Translations under genes and position numbers: made by a program
The notes under the pieces: generated by a model
Seen by the model: the letters and a program-made list of their open reading frames with translations, nothing else
Told to the model about the DNA's origin: nothing
The model's database searches: none
Shown here: positions 20,712 through 33,545 of the stretch, in pieces
How positions within the stretch are numbered: the first letter of the stretch is position 1
Layout: the number at the start of each line of letters is the position of its first letter
Assembly: GCF_032191835.1 (NCBI RefSeq)
Contig: NC_083227.1
Location: 17,484,001-17,548,000, forward strand
Reading direction: 5' to 3'
Origin: Heteronotia binoei
Taxonomy: Eukaryota
Length of the DNA stretch: 64,000 nucleotides

Positions 20712-22690
20712 GGGATGATTGGCAGAACAAGGAGGATGAGGATCTGCATTTTCTATCAGCAGATGAAAACCAGAATGAAGATATGAGGGGAAACATCAGG
20801 AATCAAGAAAGACCTAAGAGGCAGAAAGGCAGCCATGTGGTTAAGAAGAGGGGCAAACCCATTCCTTATCTAAGGGAGGATTTCCAAGACATCATTCTCA
20901 TGGTAGAGGAAAAAGAGAAGAGCTTGGAGTGTGGAAGGAACATCTCAGACCAAACCCAATGTAATGTCCATTTACAAAGGTACAGTGGAACAAACACTCA
21001 TCAATGCTTGGAGACTGGAAAGACCACGATTCACAGAGCAGAGCTCCATAAACATCAAAGATCACATACAGGAGAGAAACCTTATAGGTACTTAGGCTGC
21101 AGCAAGAGCTTCTCCAAGACATCAGACCTTGTTCAGAACCACAGCATTCACTCAGAAGAGAAGCAGTTTATCTGCTCAGAGAGTGGAATGGTGTTCTCTG
21201 CTGGAAGAAAGCATAATGTACACTTCCCAAAGCCAAGTATAATGAAGGCACATAAGTGCTTTCAGTGTGGAAAATACTTCAGAAAAAGATCACATCTCAT
21301 TGCTCACCAAAAGATCCACAGAGAGAAAGAGTTCAAATGCTCAGAGTGTGGAAAGAAATTCAGTTGGCGTGGCCATCTTAAAGAGCATCAACGAACCCAC
21401 ACAGGGGAGAAGCCTTTTGAATGCTCAGAGTGTGGGAAGAGATTCAGTTGGAGTGGCACTCTTCAAAAGCATCGAGTAACTCACACAGGGGAGAAGCGCT
21501 TTGAATGCTCAGAGTGTGGGAAGAAATTCAGTCACAGTTATGGTCTTCAAAATCATTTAAGAATCCACACAGGAGAGAAGCCCTTTGAATGTTCAGAGTG
21601 CGGGAAGAGATTCCGTAGAAGTGACACTCTTCAAGAGCATCAACGAATCCACACAGGAGAGAAGCCCTTTGAATGCTCAGAGTGTGGGAAGAGATTCAGT
21701 TGGAGTGGCACTCTTCGACATCATCTAAGAACCCACACAGGGGAGAAGCCCTTTGAGTGCTCAATTTGTGGGAAGAGATTCTGTTGGAGTGGCCCTCTTC
21801 AACAGCATCAACGAACCCACACAGGAGAGAAGCCCTTTGAATGCTCAGAGTGTCAGAAAAGATTCAGTTCTAGTAGCATTCTTCGAAGACATTTAAGAAC
21901 CCACACAGGGGAGAAGCCCTTTGAATGCTCAGAGTGTGGGAGAACGTTCAGTCAGAGTAGCCATTTACGACAGCATCTAAGAACCCATACAGGGGAGAAG
22001 TCCTTTAAATGCCCAGAATGTGGGAAGAGGTTCAGTGAGAGCGGCTATTTTGAAGAGCATCAAAAAACCCACACAGGGGAGAAGCCTTTTGAATGTTCAG
22101 TATGTGGGAGGACATTCAGTCAGAGTAGCCATTTACAACAGCATTTAAGAACCCATACAAGGGAGAAGCCCTTTAAATGCTCAGAGTGTGGGAAGAGATT
22201 CAGTTGGAGTGGCACTCTTCAACATCATCTAAGAACCCACACAGGGGAGAAGCCCTTCGAATGCTCAGTTTGTGGGAAGAGGTTTAGTTGGACTGCCTCT
22301 CTTCAACAGCATCAACGTACCCACACAACAGAGAAGCCCTTTGAATGCTCAGAGTGTGGAAAGAGATTCAGTCATAGTAGCACTCTTCAACATCATCAGG
22401 GAACCCACACAGGGGAGAAGCCCTTTGAATGCTTAGAGTGTGGGAAGAGATTCAGTCGGAGTAGCACTCTTCAACAGCATCAACAAACCCATACAGAGGA
22501 GAAGCCGTTTGAATGCTCAGAGTGTGGGAGGAGATTCCGTCGGAAAGGCACTCTTCAACAGCATCAACAGACCCATACAGGGGAGAAACCCTTTGCATGC
22601 TCAGAGTGTGGGAAAACGTTCAGTCGGAGTGGTACTCTTCAAGAGCACCAAAGAACTGTTGGAGCAAGAATCTACATAAACCCAGTCTGA
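20712..22690 (+). CDS. Gene B zinc-finger exon: 16 intact C2H2 fingers, 17th cut by an LTR
   Basis: ctagcag acceptor in phase 1; regular [12 protein letters not shown] repeats; ends HQRT plus LTR-derived [10 protein letters not shown]-stop. Confidence 0.9.
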
Positions 22691-23054
22691 CAGCTACAGT
22701 ATGACAGCTGGTGATCTAGCTGCCAGGCTAGGTCACAGTAACCTGATCAGCAGACCGGCTTGAGCCGGCAGAAGCCAAGTGATGCAATCTGCTGAGTCAG
22801 CACGGCCAGGATTGGCTGCTTGGACTATATATGATCTGTGTGTGCATCACACAGGTCTCTCCCTGTGAGATGGTGGTTAGGCGAAGCACTTTGTCCGTGG
22901 AGGTGATATTGTATAGACTGCACAAGAGAGCACTTGTCGTGTATATATGTTAATACACCTTTTGGCACTAGTTGCACGTGTCTGCCTGATTTTCTTTCCT
23001 GAAGCCCTGTGTCGGGCAAGTCATCTCCCTCACTCTGCTACTCCCGCTCCGACA
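22657..23054 (+). repeat. 5' LTR
   Basis: tgttggagcaag...ctccgaca; no difference from 25978-26375 seen by eye; TATA-like tatata at ~22826. Confidence 0.95.
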
Positions 23055-23055
23055 G

Positions 23056-23069
23056 GGTTATGGGCCCAG
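23056..23069 (+). promoter_or_regulatory. Primer-binding site, copia type (internal tRNA-iMet fragment)
   Basis: ggttatgggcccag immediately after the 5' LTR. Confidence 0.85.
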
Positions 23070-23231
23070 GGCGGTTCCGCTGCGCGGAGGAGAGAGTTGA
23101 GAGTTGAGCTGACTGTGAGTTTGGAAAGAGCCGGAGGCGAGGAACGCCGGTGAAGGACACAGAAGCACCACCGTTCTCTGTTTGAGAGCCAGAGGGACGT
23201 CGGCAGCCAGCTGTGAGGAGGAGTCGGCACG

Positions 23232-25892
23232 ATGGCTCAGCAACAGCTTGGAGTAGCCGTTGAGAAGCTCACCTCAGCCAACTACGCGGTGTGGAGCCTG
23301 AGAATGCAACACTACCTCAAGCGTGAAGGGCAATGGCTGTTCGTGAGTAACCCCCCTGCCGACTTATCTCCTGCCGAGACTGTGTTATCGGATAAGGCAC
23401 TGGCCAACATAGTGCTATCTATAGGAGATGACCAGCTGGTTTATGTGCGAGGGAAGGACACTCCCAAGGCTGCCTGGGACGCGTTGAGTGCGGTGCATGT
23501 TAGCACCACTGCTGGTTCCCTCATGGCCTTGACAAGGAGGATGTTCCGCACCGTTATGCCGGCTGGAGGGTGTGTGAAAGATCACATCAAACGGCTAACG
23601 GACTGTTTCGTTGAGCTGGAGGCAAGAGGCAAGACTGTAGCTCCAGACGACAGAGTGTACATTTTGCTGTCGTCGTTGCCACCTGAGTACACTCCCCTGA
23701 TAACTTCTCTGGAGACGGTGGACGTAGCGACCCTGACCATGGAATACGTCTCTGCCCACCTGCTTGACTTCCAAGAGAGAATTGCGGCCGTGAGCTGTCC
23801 GGGGGTGTCGGCCGGGCAGCGTGCTGTTATCGGTGTGTCCGGGAAGACAGCCAAGAATGAGCCAGCTTCTGCTGCTGGCAGGCGTCCGAAGGTGGAGGAA
23901 GTGGAGCCGACTGCGTTTGCAGTCCGTCGCTGCTATGGATGCGGGTCGTCGCAGCACCTGCTCCGAGCTTGCCCTGAGAGGGAGAAGAGGCGGGGGCGTG
24001 TGCGGCGAGAGCGGAGGACCGCCAGCCCGTGTGAGGAAGCAACCCGGCTGGTCACGTCTGCAGTAGAGAGCACAGGGTCTGCTTGGATTTTAGACTCCGG
24101 GGCAACGAGCCATCTCTGCTGCGAGAAGGAGTTGTTGAAAAACATTGACAGTCCTGAGCATAAGTATGTGAGATTGGCTGATGGGACCACTGCCAATTCT
24201 GTTTGCTCAGGCAATGTGGAATTTCCTGCACTGAAATGTATGTTGCAAAATGTGTTGTATGTACCCTCACTGCAGTCTAACCTGTTGAGTGTTAGCACAC
24301 TGTTTGACCAGGGATACCAGGTGAGATTTGAGAAAACCTGCTGCAAAATCCTGGGAGGTGGGGGAAAGTTGCTTGTGACAGGAAAGAGGGAAGGTAAACT
24401 GTATGTGGTCCAGAGTGATTGTGCCCAGGTGGCTCAGGTGTCGAATGAGCCTGTGCACAATAATTGTATACATTTGCTCCATAGGAGACTTGGGCACTGC
24501 GGATTTAGGGCGTTAAAGAAAACCCTGGAGCTTGTGCCTAGTTTGAAAGTAAATCCTTGCAAATGTTACTTGGATTGCCAGGTCTGCAAGAAGACCAAAA
24601 GCAAGGCGTGTGCTGTTGCTAAAGAAAGCTCAAGGGAAAGCACACGAGCCCTGGAACTAGTCCATTTAGACGTTATTGGCCCATTGCCAAAGAGTCTGTC
24701 GGGGAGGAGATACTGCTTGGTGGCCACCGACGACCACACGAGGTACGCGTGGGTTTTCACCATGGTGCATAAGTCTGAGGTGTATAAGACATTCACCAAG
24801 TGGGTCAAAGCAGTGGAGAGACAATTAGGGGTTAATCTCCTAGCTGTACAAACCGACAGAGGGGGGGAATTCTTATCTAACCAGATGAAACGTTGGCTGG
24901 AGAACAAGGGCATTGCCCACCGTCTGACGAACCCGGCAACGCCCCGAGAAAATGGGCATGGGGCTGTATTGCAGAATGTGATGTATTGCATGTTAGAGGA
25001 TGCACAACTGCCAATGACCTATTGGGCAGAAACCATACATGCAGCTGTTTTTTTGCAAAATAGGGTTTGGTGTAATACTGTGAAAAATGTGCCTTACAGG
25101 TTACTGTTGAACAAGACCCCAGATTTGAGTTCTTTAAAAGTCTTTGGGTCACGGGCTCGGGTTGGCATCCACTCCACGAGTAGCGGGGAGGGGGATGTCC
25201 GGGCAGAGAGCCTAATTTTTCTGGGCTACAAGCCAAGGGCCAGGTGTTATCGTTTCTGCAATAGCAAAAGCAAGATAACACTTAGTAAGAGTGCCCAGTT
25301 CAATGAAGAAAGCAGCTGGCCAAGGTTGCACTCCTTGCAGAAACAATTTGTCCTGCTGCCAAGTAGCGATAACGATGTTGGAGCGCAGCCCAGAACTCCA
25401 GCCCAGGAGGTGGCACCCAGTGGGGCTGGAGAAGGTGAGCCGAATGCTGGCACAGAGCCTGACGAGCAGAGTCAGGAGGCAGAGCCTCAAATGCAGGAAC
25501 TGGAGGTAAAGTGTGAGAGTCAGGAGGTTCAACACCCAATTACAGGGGCAGAGCAACCAGCCCAGGAGGTGGGAACAGAGCAACCCGAAGAAGACAAAGC
25601 TGGTCCAAGCACAGGGCCACGGGTGTCTGCCAGGTCCACCAAAGGCCAACGTCCCGCTAGGTACAAGTGTCCCTATGTCACTCTGACTGTCAATCCAGAC
25701 CCACCCGGATTTGAGGAAATGTTAAAAGAAAAGGCTAAGAAATGGAAAGCCTGGGTGGCAGAGTGCGAGGCAAGGGAGAAGGAGGCTGAAGCCAAGCGTC
25801 TGAAAGAGCTGGCTGAACAGGAACACGATGATGTGTTTTACAATCATGATGAGTTCCTGAACGAATTCCGGAAAGGGTTCCGAGCTACGTAA
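23232..25892 (+). CDS. Copia Gag-protease-integrase polyprotein (886 aa), no RT
   Basis: Gag with CYGCGSSQHLLRAC knuckle, WILDSGATSH protease, HRRLGH..CQVC zinc-binding module, HLDVIGP/TDRGGEF integrase core, then an acidic tail; no YVDD RT motif. Confidence 0.92.
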   Translation: MAQQQLGVAVEKLTSANYAVWSLRMQHYLKREGQWLFVSNPPADLSPAETVLSDKALANIVLSIGDDQLVYVRGKDTPKAAWDALSAVHVSTTAGSLMALTRRMFRTVMPAGGCVKDHIKRLTDCFVELEARGKTVAPDDRVYILLSSLPPEYTPLITSLETVDVATLTMEYVSAHLLDFQERIAAVSCPGVSAGQRAVIGVSGKTAKNEPASAAGRRPKVEEVEPTAFAVRRCYGCGSSQHLLRACPEREKRRGRVRRERRTASPCEEATRLVTSAVESTGSAWILDSGATSHLCCEKELLKNIDSPEHKYVRLADGTTANSVCSGNVEFPALKCMLQNVLYVPSLQSNLLSVSTLFDQGYQVRFEKTCCKILGGGGKLLVTGKREGKLYVVQSDCAQVAQVSNEPVHNNCIHLLHRRLGHCGFRALKKTLELVPSLKVNPCKCYLDCQVCKKTKSKACAVAKESSRESTRALELVHLDVIGPLPKSLSGRRYCLVATDDHTRYAWVFTMVHKSEVYKTFTKWVKAVERQLGVNLLAVQTDRGGEFLSNQMKRWLENKGIAHRLTNPATPRENGHGAVLQNVMYCMLEDAQLPMTYWAETIHAAVFLQNRVWCNTVKNVPYRLLLNKTPDLSSLKVFGSRARVGIHSTSSGEGDVRAESLIFLGYKPRARCYRFCNSKSKITLSKSAQFNEESSWPRLHSLQKQFVLLPSSDNDVGAQPRTPAQEVAPSGAGEGEPNAGTEPDEQSQEAEPQMQELEVKCESQEVQHPITGAEQPAQEVGTEQPEEDKAGPSTGPRVSARSTKGQRPARYKCPYVTLTVNPDPPGFEEMLKEKAKKWKAWVAECEAREKEAEAKRLKELAEQEHDDVFYNHDEFLNEFRKGFRAT

Positions 25893-25977
25893 ATATGAAC
25901 TGTAATGTTGCTGGTGGACATGTATGTAAACTGTGTAAAGTGTTTTGGTGCACTGGGTTTAAATAGATTAGGAGGTG

Positions 25978-26900
<923 letters not shown>

Positions 26901-27629
26901 TCAACAGCATTAAATAACCCAGAAGAGGTTTGCAAAAAAAATATTTATTTTGGATATGGATCAGTTGGACCAGAAAAATAGAATACTGCTGAATCCCAAT
27001 ATCAGTGTTGTAATGAGATTCAGGAAAATTTTGGGAAACCCAAGTGTATTCAGCTCTATTATAACCTACGAGAACTGTCCCTGTAGAGTATGTGGCAGAC
27101 CGGTCCTGCGTCTGCTAGCTAGCCCCAGCCCTTCCCGTTATACTGACCTGAAAGGGCCGCTCCACTTTGCTGCCTCAGGGTATTCGCTGCCACCACTGTC
27201 CCTCTCTGGGCTCTGGTTAGGTGGGACAGCCTCCTAACCTCCCTCTGAATTCACTAGAAACCTGCCTCAGGGCTTCCCAGGGATCTTTGGGGCTCCCCTG
27301 GAGAGTTGGCAACCAGCCACAGTGCCACATCTCTCCACCCTAGGGATTTCCCAACCCACTCCTAGTGTTTCAAGCAGTTGGGGGGACTATGTGGTACAGA
27401 AGAACTCCACTTTAAACAGGCAAAATATTTATTTAAAGTTTACAACTATTTACACGCATTTTTTAAAGAGTGAACAGAAGAAACAAATCATAGTAGGGAA
27501 AAACGCTCCTTCTCTCCCTGTTAAAATACTTGCCCTAACTAGATGACATGCAGGGCATGACGGCAGGAGCGTGCGCTGACTGCAGGTAGACCAAAGCAGT
27601 AACTTGCCTTAGCAATAGGAACATCGATA

Positions 27630-30135
27630 TGAAGAGCCAACACACCAGTTTGGTAGTATAACAAACCGTGTATTATACAGATATTTACAGTGAAGTTATA
27701 TACATATACAGTTCAGAGTAGCAAAGTGCTTTGCTAGTAATCCATATACATAGAGAGAAAAACCACTCTGGTACTCTGCTGCTTATATAGTACTGCCCAC
27801 CAATCAGGTAAACTGCTGACTCATGGTGATTCCTCTGGACAGATCCAGATATTGCCAATTCTTGCATCAGCCAGGTTGAGTAGTCCTGTGACTCTTGTCA
27901 TGTGATTAGCTGTCACTTTGACAGTTCTTGATCTAGCATGCTTCACAGCAGGCTACATAATACTAACACACCTCCTTAGACTGCTAGTGAATGCATGCCT
28001 AATAATTCAGCCAGTTTTGCATGTCTTTCATTGTACAGACATTTAGTAAACAGATCAGCAATGTTGTCCTCCGTGGCACATTTTTCCAATATCACAATTC
28101 CCCGAGTAACCCACTCTTTCACATTGTAATATCTGATTAGGATATGTTTACTCCTTCATCTGGCACATAAATTTTCAGCTAACTGCTTTGCAGCAGAACT
28201 ATCATTAAATACAGTGATTGCTTGGTCACATGTTACATTTAGATCTTTCATTAATTGTACAAGCCACTCCAGATTCAATACACATTCATTCAATGCACTG
28301 AATTCTGCTTCACGTGTGCCGCAAGCTACTAAAGTTTGCTTTACAGCCTTCTACATAATGAGTGCTCTTCCCAGGTACACTACAAACGCTGAAGTAGACA
28401 GCCTCTGGGCGATCTGCCCAGCTGGCAGTAAATTATTCCCTTTCAGCCTCCCTGTGGGAGAAAACATTCTTGTACAGAGATAAATATTCTCTTTCCATGG
28501 CTTCCAGCCAGGCCTTTTTCTCCTCATCTGCCAGAGTCATTATTTCCTGATAATTCTCAGATTTAGACACATACACATGGTTTACGCTGTTATCAAAACC
28601 ATATCATACAGGAGGAACACCTTTTGTACTACGGGATGAAACCATAGGGACGGTGGCTCAGTGGTAGAGAATCTGCTTGGGAAGCAGAAGGTCCCAGGTT
28701 CAATCCCCGGCATCTCCAAAAAAGGGTCCAGGCAAACAGGTGTGAAAAACCTCAGCTTGAGACCCTGGAGAGCCACTGCCAGTCTGAGAAGGCAATACTG
28801 ACTTTGATGGACCAAAGGTCTGATTCGGTATAAGGCAGCTTCATATGTTCATATGCTTCATATATGAAACCCGAGTCTCCTGACAGTCGTTTTGCTCGTT
28901 CTCAGATATCTCCTGCTGCACCACAGCAGGTACTGGTGCAGAGCCTTGTTCCTGACTATCATTGGTCAGTGGCAGCAATACATGAGTATTCCCTTCAGTT
29001 CTAGGCAGCTTAGCCTAATTGCTATGCTCACTGAAGTTAGCAGATCTACTGAACGTCACCTTCTGTTCAGTGTCACTAAACCTATATGGCTTCATATTGG
29101 TTTGATATCCCAGAAATATCAATTTTCTGGATCTGGCACCTCCTTTCCTTCTCAATTTCAGAGGAATATTAACCCAGGCTTTCGTTCCAAACACTCTGAG
29201 GAACTCTAAACTAGGCTCCTTCTTGAACATAGCCTTATAGGGGATATTATCTGTAGACTTCGTCCACAATCTATTGACCAAGAATGTGGCTACCATGAAT
29301 GCCTCAGCCCAATATGCAATAGGTAGCGATGCATCATCTAACATGGCATACATCATTGTTTGCAATATGTCAGCTTTCCTCTCAACCACCCCATTTTCTG
29401 AAGGTGTTGCCGGATTTGCCACCCTATGTGCAATCCCCTGATGCTTCAACCATGTACCAAATTGATTTGACATGAATTCACCCCCTCTGTCAGTCTGTAG
29501 AGCTAGCAGCTGTACTCCAAGCTGCTTCTGTACTCTTTTAGCCCACTGTTTAAAGCATTGAAACACTTCTGACTTCTGTTTTAGTACATAAGACCAACAA
29601 TATCTTGTACAGTCATCCACTATCAGAAATACATATCTGTTAGATGAATGGCTCTTTGGAAATGGCCCAATAATATCAGCATGGATTAGAGCTAGCGGTC
29701 GCTCAGACACCCTCACGCTCTCCTTAGCTACCGGGAATGCCTTGCTTTTGACCTTTTTGCACACTTGGCAGTCTAGATATGCTTTACAAGATTTTACAGC
29801 TACATTTGGCAGCAAAGTCAGCGTCTTGCTAATAGTATGAAAACTTGAATGCCCAAGTCTACGGTGGAGGAGGTATAAACATGAATCATGGGAGCATACA
29901 ATAGACACTTGATCTGCCTTAACGGCTTCACTCCCCACCACATATACATCATCAACCAACTTTCCCTCTGTGAGAATTTTTCCACCTTTAGACACTTTAC
30001 AGCCTGTGTCAGAAAACTTCACTAACAGGGCAGGCACCTTACTTGGACTGTTGCAAGCCTGACCATACCTTCCTGAGTCAGTCTGAACTCCCAAGACTGA
30101 ACTCAACTGACTGACTGCCAACTCTGAACTATCTG
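27630..30135 (-). mobile_element. Older Copia element: 3' LTR, RNase H remnant, integrase; RT core and Gag missing
   Basis: ORF 29015-30121 has HRRLGH..CQVC, HADIIGP, TDRGGEF, ENGVVER; RNase H-like text at 27990-28450 (KQTLVA..EAEF..NIADLFTK); PPT ctaaggaggtg then TGTTAG LTR from 27968. The LTR far end (27630 or ~27545) is uncertain. Confidence 0.85.
28647..28863 (+). mobile_element. tRNA-derived SINE nested in the older Copia
   Basis: Near-identical to 14221-14432; atgaaacc flanks both sides. Confidence 0.9.
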
Positions 30136-30364
30136 TTTACCCACCCAAAACCTTCAATATAAAATCCAGTTCCCGCCCAGGAACTGGTTTACCTCTCTTG
30201 CAGCCAGGCCCAGCACATGGGAGTAGGCCATGTAAGCGGCTGCTTTGGGCGCTGCATGGCCTATAGGACGCCGCAAGGCACCCCCTCCCTACATGGCAGC
30301 TCTGCCTCTTTCCCCCTCCTGAAACTCTGGCAGAGAAAAGAGGCAGTTCGATCTCGCTTCCGGG

Positions 30365-31041
30365 TAGGGTTGCCAAGTTCAATTCAAGAAATATCTGGGG
30401 ACTTTGGGGGCGGAACCAGGAGATTTTGGGGGTGGAGCCAGTAACAAGGTTTGACAAGCATAATTGAACTCCAAGGAAGTTCTGGCCATCACATTTAAAG
30501 GGACAGCATACCTTTTTAAATGCCTTCCTTCCATAGGAAATAATGAAAGATAGGGGCACCTTCTTTTGGGGCTCATAAAATTGGACCCTCTGGTCCAATC
30601 TTTTTGAAACTTGGGGGGTACTTTGGGGAGAGGCACTAGATACTATATGAAAAATTTGGTGCCTCTACCTCAAACCACAGCTCCCCCAGAGCCCCCGAAA
30701 CCTCCAGATCAATTCCCCATTATACCCTATAAGACTTGATCTCCACATAGGGAATAATGAAGTGCTCAGCGGACGTTTCCCTCCCCCCACCCCGTTTCTG
30801 GCAACTCTGAAACGAGGGATCGGTCTCTCTACTCACAAGTTGCAGCCAACTTCTTCAAAGTACACACAGACATACCATCCCAAGAGGAAGCCTTTCAATC
30901 GGAGACTGAAGCCTCTGGAGGTGCAAAGGCACATGGTCCTCTGGGGACGAGGCTTCCCCCCGCCAGCCAGCTGACTGGGGGCAGGAAGGAGCCTGGGAAA
31001 GCGGAAGAACCCCCGCTGGGACCTGGGGATTGGCAAGCCTA
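30365..31041. mobile_element. hAT-type non-autonomous element (tagggttgcca TIR)
   Basis: TIRs tagggttgcca / tggcaagccta with perfect 8-bp TSD cttccggg. Confidence 0.9.
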
Positions 31042-32199
31042 CTTCCGGGCTGCCTCTCCTGCAGGGAAGACAGCCTGAGAGCGAGGACAAGCCCCTGCGC
31101 CAGCTCTTTCCCCCGCCCAAGACTCGGGTGGAGAAAAGAGAGCTTCGTTTTGCTCTTGGGCTGGCTCCCCTACAGGAAAGGCAGCCCAAGAGCGAAGAGG
31201 ACGCCCCGCACTGGCTCTTTCCCGCGCCCGAGACTTGGGCGGAGGAAAGAGGTGCAGGAAGGTTGGAGGGGGCGTTTGCATAGAAGGCTGCTCTCAAGGA
31301 GCTCTCCCTGCAAACGGTGCTGGGGGCCCTCCCCCATTGGAGGAGGGTCAGAGCCCACTGCCCTTCCAGACTTTGCCAGGGTCTCCCGAGGCTCAGGAGT
31401 CTTCAGCAAAGTTAGGGGGGGTGACAGTGATGTCATTGTGACGTTGCGGGTGCGCATGCTTTGCGCACACTAAAATGACAGGGAGGGGGGTGGATGATCA
31501 CAGTCCGACCTAGGGGCGCAGGCACCCCTAGCACCTGGCCTGCTTGCAGAGTTCTGGGAAGCAGGCCTCAAGGACTTCCTGTCTCTCTAGGAGGCTCCCC
31601 CCAGAATTCCCGGTTCTAGACAGGAGGGGAGGAGGGAGGAGGAAGAGGCTAGGCCGAAGCCTGACCCCAGTTTGACAGACTCCTCCAGCCAACTCCCAGA
31701 CAAATACATGCAGGGCCCAAAATTGTGTTTTTCCACATATTGGAGAATTTCACTCTCTGAGACATGGTACCCTGGGGGTGCCACTCAGCACATGAACTGG
31801 AAGCATTTCAACTTCAAATGTCTTCAGTTCACTTGCCAAGTCATGCCACCATGATAGCATGATTCACCCTGTGGGCAAAAGGCATTTCAAGTATGAATGC
31901 CTTCAGTTAACTTTCTGAGTCATGTTGTGATGGCAGCATGATTCACTGAGTGGGCTAACGGCATTTAAAGAGACTATAAATTGAACAAACGAATGATTAT
32001 AGGCTCTTTAAATGCCTTCTGGCTGCACCAATTGAGAGCTGAATAATAGTGGGTTTTGTTCAGGCTTGGCCGTTTTGCTAGCCAAATCAGATTGTCTAAT
32101 ATATTTGGCTGACCTAGTTCATAAAGGTTCATAAAGAAAAACCTGGGTGTAAAGGTCCCATGGTGTAAGTACTTGCAAGTTAAAAATATTTTTTTTACA

Positions 32200-32830
32200 A
32201 ACAACTTCCATGAGATTATTAAGGTTCCTCTTACTCCTTTTGAGCAGCTCCTACATAAATATCAGGGAGAAGTTAAAGGTCTTATCTCAAACATTTTATA
32301 AAATTCTGGTTTCAGTTACGTCACAAAAACTTTACAAATCCAACTATTTTGGCAGGATATTTGTAAGCAGAACATCCAAGAGCGGGCTTGGCACTCAATC
32401 TATGACTCATATGCTCTTAAGTCTAATGTATTTAACATTTGTTTAAAGTGTTACAAAAAGGGTATCTTCCTCCTTGTAGATTACACTGTATTCAGGCTGG
32501 TGTGAGTGCAAAATGTTGGAAGGGATGTGGTCATCTGGGGGACTATGCACTGCTGGTTGTATTGTCCTCGCATATACTCATGTTGGCAGTTGATTATGCA
32601 GCATATTTTTATGATAACAAGAGTCAAGATTCCTGCCAAGCCAGAAATTCTTTTATTATCTATGCTACCAGTGGGCTTTGGAAACAAAAGTCTAAAAATT
32701 TTGATTACAACTTTGCCATTGCTAGGATTGTTATTGCTACAAAATTTGGGCGGGGGGGGGGATAACAACTTTCCTTCTTTATTATCTTGGCAAAATAAGG
32801 TGTGGGAATGTTTTCTACGCTGCAAAATTC
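32200..32830 (+). mobile_element. Degenerate L1-clade ORF2 3' fragment
   Basis: YLPPCRLHC...KCWKGCG...MHCWLYCP cysteine-rich C-terminal region, frameshifted. Confidence 0.7.
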
Positions 32831-32867
32831 CAAGCTAATCTCATGCCAAACTTGCAAAATTATTAGC

Positions 32868-32937
32868 CTGCCATGACTTGGTCCATGGGGTCCCAAAGAG
32901 TCAGACTTGCCTGTGCGACTGAACAACAACAACAATG
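32868..32937 (+). mobile_element. BovB 3' end
   Basis: gtccatggggtcccaaagagtcagac...gactgaacaacaacaac tail. Confidence 0.7.
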
Positions 32938-33359
32938 GTTTCCAGTAATATCTTATTTAATTTATAACTCAGCATAATGTGGTTCCTAATAAGGGATACT
33001 ATAGTGACTTGTTAGTTTTCTAATACATGTCATTCCTTATTTGTATCAGATATGGTTTTCTGCATTTTGTTATTAACTCTTGTACTTGTTATTTTGTAAA
33101 TTCTTTCAGTGTATTGGCTTGGTAGTGTATGTGAAGTATAAGTTTAAATNNNNNNNNNNNNNNNNNNNNNNNNNNNNNNNNNNNNNNNNNNNNNNNNNNN
33201 NNNNNNNNNNNNNNNNNNNNNNNNNNNNNNNNNNNNNNNNNNNNNNNNNNNNNNNNNNNNNNNNNNNNNNNNNNNNNNNNNNNNNNNNNNNNNNNNNNNN
33301 NTGAAAAATACCAATAAGGTATTTTTGGTGTATTTATTTGGCTCAGTATATATCAAACC

Positions 33360-33545
33360 ACACTGCAAAAACCCACCCAGGCAAGAAATCCTTTGAATGC
33401 TCAGAGTGTGGGGAAACATTCAGTCACAGTAGCACTCTTTGAAGACATCTAAGAACCCACACAGGGGAGAAACCTTTTCAATGCTCTGGGTGTGCAAAGA
33501 GGTAATCAGAGCGGCACTCTTCAGTAGCATGAAAGAACTCACATA
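33360..33545 (+). pseudogene. Distal fossil zinc fingers of gene B
   Basis: Degenerate finger repeats, paralogous to 53810-53985. Confidence 0.75.

Noticed and set aside
20712-22656. Regular 84-bp repeats as a possible CRISPR-like array
   Set aside because: They are coding C2H2 finger repeats in a eukaryotic gene, with no repeat-spacer structure.
27090-27540. Possible solo LTR fragment starting tgtggcag
   Set aside because: No second LTR, PBS, PPT or TSD could be identified.
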